Positions 56,909 through 64,000 of a stretch of DNA of 64,000 nucleotides are shown here, one piece after another. The number at the start of each line of letters is the position of its first letter. The first letter of the stretch is position 1. The position numbers and the translations under genes were made by a program. The DNA comes from Strigamia acuminata (Eukaryota), in the NCBI GenBank assembly GCA_949358305.1, contig OX442314.1, positions 32,488,001 through 32,552,000 of the forward strand. Reading direction: 5' to 3'. A model generated the notes under the pieces. That model did not search any database. It was not told where the DNA came from and saw only the letters and a list, made by a program, of their open reading frames with translations.

Positions 56909-57871
56909 TGCTGCGATCCGGGTTTTTATCTACTTAATTTCTAATAAATTAAGCAGAAACCGCAGGTGAATGCTTAACAAGACTTATATCGCGGCCGAAA
57001 CTTGTCTAGGGTTAAGTTTATGGAAATAAAGGCACAATTTAATATGGTAATAAAAATCACACAAATATTTATTCTTTAAATTACAATATATATTAAAAAC
57101 GATGGAAATATCACAGAATGCGACAAGTCGCAAGAATAAATGAGCGGGAACAATGGAAGGGCTTGCAACGACTGTTGCAAGCTACAAAGCGTCAGAAATG
57201 GCGCTTAAACAACGTGATGTTGTTGAGCGAAGGCAAATGTCTTCGTTTTCGGCAAACTCACGAACGATGGTCGAAGACGATGGTTCTCGTGGGTTTCTTC
57301 TACGGCTCGTGCGACGGCTCGGCGGCGGTGGTTGACGGCTGTAGGCGTCTGGTCCAGGTACGATGGCGATGGTTGCCGTTCGCGCGGCAACGATGGCGAT
57401 GGTTCACTTGGATCAGGAAACTTCTACTTCTCGATAGCTGGAATTAGCGACGGCTAATTCAAGCTGAATTGCTGGCTTTGTGCGTTTGATACACAAAGAT
57501 AGCAGGCGAAACTGAGTTACAACGGTCCTCTATCAATACGTATTGTCGGAGCAAATATCGCAGTGATGTTGAGGTTGTTGTTGTATTTTTCAGAGTCCTG
57601 ATTTGAGCCAAGACGCGAGCCCAGCACGCTTCAATATTGCGCAGAAAACCTGCGCACTTAGCTCAAATGGGTGCAACTAGTGGTTATTACACCATATTGC
57701 ACCATAACGGCTAATAACCGTTTTCACCCCGGACAACCTGGGGTGATATGTGCCTAGAGAGGATTTCTCCCCTCGGTCACATGATCTGACTTGGCGTGTG
57801 CCACAGTCAAATTAATTAGAAGACAATTAATTTTATCTTCTAAGTTGGTGAAATATTTTGAGATCACCACA
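56909..57871 (-). repeat. Gypsy 5' LTR
   Basis: 963-bp direct repeat of 33146-34108, adjacent to the PBS. Confidence 0.95.
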
Positions 57872-60661
57872 CATCTACCCACGTGTTGGCGGTGTTGCAA
57901 AAGCACTTTTTTCTAGTTCTAATTCTAACAGTGCACACTTGTTTTACATTTTAAAATTAATCATTATTTCAGCTTGCCCAGTATACTTTCTCATCAATTG
58001 AAAACAAAGTGTTGATATTTGTCATCAAGGAAACACGTGGTGGAACTCCAAATCCAAAGCATAATCTAGATTTGCCCGTATTACAGGATCTCATCATATG
58101 GAGACAGAATAAAGTTTACTTATTCACGTATTCTCAACACAGTAATGTATGAGTCAATAGTTTAAGTATGTTTGCAGAATGTTCATTTTGTTCTTAATTA
58201 ACACCGTTTATTTCAACACATCTAAAAGTACATGGTGTATTCAAATCTGCTCGTTCAAAACGATACAGGGTCATTAATTGATGACACCAAAATGAAAACC
58301 ACCGTTACGGATTAAAGATTGGTGCAATTTTCGTCTACAAAGATTAATATTCAATATATTTGATTTTTAAAATATATAAACTGTATATTTAAAAATAATG
58401 AAGATTATATCTACTGTACATATTTTTTTATCGTATATTACAGAATTTTAGCTTGCAGTTAGTGAAACATCCATCTGATGGGAACATTTTCCAAACAACC
58501 AATTTAGGGATAAATTGTGCGGAGCAACAAAAATGTCAATTTGAAAAGTTTTCTCAAACACCAGTGATTCTGAAAAAACAAAATTTTACTGTAGCGGAGG
58601 TAAAGCATGCTACTACAATTGAAATACTGTAGCTATTACAAATAATATTGCGTGACGGATTTATGGGGATTACTAATAGGGAGGAGGTAAAGCCGAATGG
58701 TGCAAGTGTGTCAAGAAAGGTCCAGTATAAATCTACCCAGCACAGAAAGCAGTTGTGGACGGGTCTTCCACAGAGGAAGACCAATGTTCACTATGGCTGG
58801 ACTTTTCCAGAGAAAACAAAGACAATCCAACCCCCTTGTGTGATTAACCCTATCCATTTTGGTCAATGCTTATGGTCTAACGGTGTGGCGGAAGTATGCT
58901 GTGATTACAACCCGCACCCATGTGTATTGAGCCGCTTCTATTTTTTATGTTCAAAAAATAAAATCATAAAATTCGAACCCTAAAAAATGTTTTTAATCAA
59001 AATAAATAAATGCAACTTATAGAACAAATATTGGGCTTTATTTAAAAAAAAATGAAATTTTAATTGAAATGGGTCAAAAGTTATGACCGTTTGAATTTGC
59101 GCTACTTGGCACAAGTGTATTAGGCTACCAGGCTAATTGCCTCAAGTGAGTTGGGCCGGCAGAAAAACCTTAGCACCACATTAAGAAAATCACGAAAAAA
59201 AGCGGTTTCTTCAGAAAATCATTGTTTATTTGAACAATACTTTACAATATTTTGTTGGATAACCAAAATTTTGTATGTGATTGTGGACGCCAAGTCAAAA
59301 CCTAAATGTGATGGGTTTGGAAAACTGAGCAATTGATTTGGCTTTATGTTTAGAATCATTTTCCTGCTGATACTGTATATCCATGTCAAAGGCAGTTTAT
59401 CATCTGCAAATATAAGCATAACAATCCTCCAATACTTTTTTATAAGTACAGAATATATTGGTCCATGATACCCTTAATTTAATCTTGTGGACCGATATAC
59501 ACACAGGAAACCATCCCCAAGCCATTTTACTCTTGGGATGGCTTTAGTTAATGTAATTTTGATTTTTCTTATTAAAAAATATTATGTCTATCATTGAAAT
59601 GAAGTTTTATGCACATATAAATGTCAAACTCATGTTTGTGATGTTTGTCTGGCTGTTGCCTAGGCACTTTCACTTGTGTCAAATAACTCAACTGAAATCA
59701 GTCATAACTTTTTTGTTTATTTGTTTATTTTGGTTTTTTTTTTTTGAATTAAAGTAAATTCAGTGTATTTTTCAACCCTCATGTGCAAATTTATTTATTT
59801 ATTACACTAAACCTGAAAAACTTGAAATAAACATTTGATTACACACTGAAAAGAGGTGACCACTTACACCTGGGTTTGAGTAGTACAATGTCTGTACATT
59901 GCTTGCAATTCTGGAGTTTGGCCCTACTTTTACGAATTACTACACCAGTAAACTGGCTTGACCAATAGAACTGTGTGTCCTTTTTGAGTGCGACTAGAGT
60001 ATATTCTCCAAATTTGAAAGCTCTGACAACATTTACTGAAGTGCGATAGTGCAGTGTAACAAAAATGTGGAATCACTTATATTGACTTAGGTTGCATTGC
60101 GTCAAGGCATTCCGGAAAACAATTTCAATAATAATTAAGGGTTTCCAATGTCCATTGCAGGGACGATGTAAGGCTGAATGGTGCAACTGTGTTAAGAACT
60201 CTTGTTATCACCATGGTGATGCTAAAGGATACAGTTTTACCGTATGTGACATTGCCGAGTCACCTTTTATTGTAAATGTATTCTTTGTACCATGTTACCC
60301 CAGGGGAAGATGTGGTGATAACAGGGAATGTGCGAGTACGCCATTCTCAGTGCCATGAGTAATCCATGGGTTAAGGGACTGAGTCCTGGATGAACAACAG
60401 ACCGATCTTGCAGCACACACTAACCACACGTGCTGCATGTGGTTGCAGGTGCGCTGCAGCCGGGGGCGGATTAAGCCTTTTGGGGGCCCTGGGCTTGAGG
60501 TTTTTTCGGGGTTCCTTTATCAAAATTTTTAATAGCAACCTTTTTTTTTTATTACATGCGTTGTGTCTTGGGGTGTAGATCCGCCCGTGGCTTAGGCGTA
60601 GCAGTAGCAATAGGAGAGGCAAGAGGTAGTGACTCCTATACACAGAATAAAGGCCTTAAAC

Positions 60662-60973
60662 CAAGGTTTCCCAAACGGTGAGGCACGCCTCACTGGTGGG
60701 GCGCGAGCTGATTATTGGTGGGGCGCAACCCATCATACATGCCTAAATAAAACGAGCTTATTTTGCAAACTTTTGTAAATTTTTAAGCAAAATGATATAA
60801 AATTATATAAAAAATTATACAAAGTTTTATGCAAAATTATATAAAAATTTCTTTTTTTCTTTTTAGTAGTATATTTTTTTAAAAATTTAATGCACTGGTA
60901 GATGAAGTGGGGCGCAGAAGACCGCCTTGCTAAAAAAAGTGGGGCGCGATGCTAAGAAGTTTGGGAACCCCTG
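60662..60973. mobile_element. hAT (Charlie-like) MITE
   Basis: CAAGGTTTCCCAAAC / GTTTGGGAACCCCTG termini, 8-bp TSD CCTTAAAC, internal GTGGGGCGC repeats. Confidence 0.8.
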
Positions 60974-61563
60974 CCTTAAACTATTAAATACAGTCTCTTG
61001 TGCTCGTTTCTATCAACGTGTTGTACAGTGAAGTATGTACAACTTACATCCCATACAGTCCTAAACAGAAAGCAATAACCGAAGAGAAAATAGTGAGAAT
61101 AGTAATCGACTTAACGTCAACAAAGAAATCATTAAATACAGTCTCTTGTGCTCATTTCTATCAATGTGTTGTGCGTCCGGCCCTGTTTATGCATTCCTGT
61201 GCGCTATTTGTGTCCGTCCGTTCTCACAACATGACAATTTCATTGGTGATGTGTTGTGGGATGAGGTTGAGGGATGGTTTTTTGCGGTGTCAAGTACACT
61301 CCTATCCCATAATCGAACACAAGTTAACTACGAAATCATCTTGATTGTTATAGATTGAAAGAAGGATGAAATATGAATCAAAATGGAGCGAGGTTGTTGA
61401 TCACATATTGCAGAAAATGAGTAACATTTGGTAAAGTTTTTGTTGCGTGGTAAACTATACTTTCAGTTGGTTGACAAAAACCTTTCTACATTTCTAGCTC
61501 AATAGTGAATATTACCATTGAGGATAACAATAATAAACTTAAGAATCTGAAGAAGAAAGTAAG

Positions 61564-61724
61564 TAGGTGCATTCAAAAATTATAAAACGTATGCAAAACT
61601 ATTTCGTGTTTGAACTTGACGTCATTCCCATTGAATAACATGGGAATGTTATTCAATGGGAATGACGTCACGTGCAAACACGAAACGAGTTTTGCATATG
61701 TTTTAGAGTTTTTGAATGCACCTA
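61564..61724. mobile_element. Palindromic MITE-like insertion
   Basis: Near-perfect hairpin TAGGTGCATTCAAAAA...TTTTTGAATGCACCTA, absent from the other units. TSD unclear. Confidence 0.65.
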
Positions 61725-64000
61725 CTGTTTTAATTAAAACGTTGTGATATTAGTAAGTTTGCACAAGGTTACTATTCCTTATAAGGTTTGTAAGACTATA
61801 CAGGATAGCTACAAGTACAGTCGGTTCCAATAAGTTGAGACTACCCTGAAATTTTTGTGAGCAAATTTATTTTGTTACAATTATAAACGAGAAAAAAAGC
61901 AAACAAACTGGCTTAGCAGATTGAAATCTAAATAAAGAATCAATTACCGTTTATAATCGCTCCTACCCGCAACAATGGTTTAACAAAGGGACTCATCTTT
62001 AGGAAATTAACTTAAACTTTAATTATTCAAGTCAGAAATCTAGTTTACAGATATCTGGCATTTAACTAAAACTCATAAAATAATTATCACTTACACGCTT
62101 TTGTTCAATACAAACTATATGTCTTACCTCTATCTTAATTCTAAAATAAATAACACAAATGAAAACAATTTAAGTTATTATCATAACATAACTTACAAGT
62201 TAGGCATATGCCTAAGTTTTGTTATGATAATACCTAAGCTCATGCCTGTCCATGCACTAGAAAGCAGTTGCTAGTTTGGGAACTCTAGGAGAACTGATCT
62301 TATTAGGAAGCTTCTGTTACTAAGTTAACTTCTATTCCCCCTGTTAACTTCAATAGCTCAAACCGATTACATCACAATGCAAACGCCATCTGTTGAGCTT
62401 TTATTGCACTGTACCAGCTGAAATGAAGCACAGAAGCCAGCCAATTCACGGTATGGCTTAAACACGAGACAAAATCATTTTCTCTAGAAATTCTGTATGT
62501 AATTGATCTTAATCCAAATAAATTGCTCACTTCAATATATGTTAACACCCAACATTTTTCAGAATTCATTTTTTATTCAAGTTGCCTATTCTTTTATCAG
62601 CAATATGACTTCGTCAGAACGATATTTGGAATGAGTACAGAACGTGTGCTGAATTTCGACTTTGTCAATTCTCCGATCTACAGAGACACATTTGCATTCG
62701 TCATACGAGAGGACAGTGTCATCAAAGAATACTTATGGTTGACATTTTTCAAACCGTTTTCTGTGGTTGTTTGGTTGTGTATTTTAGCTACTTATTTGAT
62801 CATCGCGCTATCTCTTGCTTCGATCACCCAAAACCACAAAGGTAAACCCTCAACTTCAGGTAAATACACTTCAAAAGATTACTAATCAATTTACAAGCAA
62901 TATTACTTTTATTGTACATCAAAGGTTATACTATTACTGGAACGGAAAACTTGTTTCGTTTGCTAATCATTTCAAGCTACAGTGTGGTACTGTATTCATC
63001 ACTCACTGTTACAACATCACGCCTGCAATACAACAGCATTCAAGACGTATTGTTAGACGACCGAGTCAACCTTTATGCTTTTGGAGTGCGGTTCCCTTAC
63101 ATGCTAATTAAGGTAATGGATAGAAATGTCAAAACAGCTGACTTGAATTGTTACACTATTAAAATATCAAAAGGTGCCTGTTAAACATACTTATGCGGTT
63201 CAGAATGCAATATTTTATGCCTTTTTTTTGGTTGGAATTGTGCACCCATGTATGATAGAGTTTAGTACAGACCAACAAATGAAAGTGTATGGATTTGGAA
63301 TTTGTAGGTGGTACTTGTAATTGCATAGTGTGTTCTTATTTTTCTATGGCAGAATGCAGAAACAAATCTTACACGGGAAATTTGGCATCGGATGGAAAAA
63401 AGTCCCGGAGAAGGAAACATTTCCTTCACTGATGCTCCAAAACTACTTTCGAAGAACAAAAACGCCATCATCGAAATGTACATTCAACTCAAACAGATGT
63501 ACGGACAAAACTGTACGTTTAGTTTTATAAAAATTCCCATTGGGGATATGTCAGCTTATTTCATGTTTAATAAAAAATCTAAATATGTTGACTTATTATT
63601 AATCCGTTTAACCTACGTGCCGGATGTGCCGCAAAGGCACGCTACACCAGCAACCGAACTGAACTCTATCTGCCCAGAAAAGCATTAAAATCTGTAATTT
63701 CTTTTTGGGGGGAAGTTCAGTTATTTGGAGGCAAAAGATGTTTTTTGGGGAGTTAAGGAGTTTTTTTGTTTAATTTTCTTTGGGGGCGAAAACAGTTTTT
63801 TTCGGGGGGGGAACCATTATTTTTGGGAGGCCATTAAATCAAATCTTAAAAGAATTGGGTGTACTAGTAGTATACTTCTGGTACTCACTGTACAAATAAG
63901 CTTTCCTTGACGGGCAGAATTGCAATAGATTTTAGGCCACGTAAACATTACAATAGCAAATTATGGTCATATTTTTATTGTAGAATTCACAAACAAATCT

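Larger units (their letters stand above)
33146..57871 (-). mobile_element. Full-length Ty3/gypsy LTR retrotransposon (12,340 bp without its two nested copia insertions)
   Basis: Two 963-bp TG..CA LTRs, 4-bp TSD CATC (33142-33145 / 57872-57875), PBS, PPT, open gag and pol. The homologous empty site is in copy 1 (~2168). Confidence 0.95.
32449..63600 (+). pseudogene. Divergent IR gene, tandem copy 4, split by the retrotransposon nest and broken at its 3' end
   Basis: 5' exons lie at 32449-32944. The intron resumes after 57871, and the S1/M1, M3 and S2 exons lie at ~62600-63600. Similarity to the other copies stops near 63600, before the S2 exon donor; the last exon is not in the window. Confidence 0.65.

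Overview
AT-rich, intron-containing eukaryotic DNA, most likely from an arthropod (myriapod or chelicerate is suggested by divergent ionotropic receptors plus MBD-carrying Copia elements; this is inference). The backbone is a + strand tandem array of ~8-10 kb units, each with a multi-exon divergent ionotropic receptor (IR)-like gene: four copies plus the 3' flank of a fifth at the window start. Each unit carries its own MITEs or solo LTRs, so sister units show the empty sites. An intron of copy 4 holds a 24.7 kb nest. The outer element is a Ty3/gypsy retrotransposon (33146-57871, - strand, 963-bp LTRs, CATC TSD, tRNA-Pro PBS, -1 frameshift between gag and pol). It carries an extra spliced gene of unknown function (~789 aa once reconstructed) between pol and the 3' LTR. 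Two Ty1/copia elements inserted ~300 bp apart into that gene, and both encode a methyl-CpG-binding domain after integrase. One copia is complete. The other keeps Gag-PR-IN-MBD but lacks RT/RNase H, and it shares LTR hairpins and leader motifs with the complete one, suggesting an autonomous/non-autonomous pair. The IR copies appear to lack the pore loop and vary mainly at predicted ligand-binding positions. The middle IR exons could not be resolved by eye. All alignments were done by eye, with no database search.
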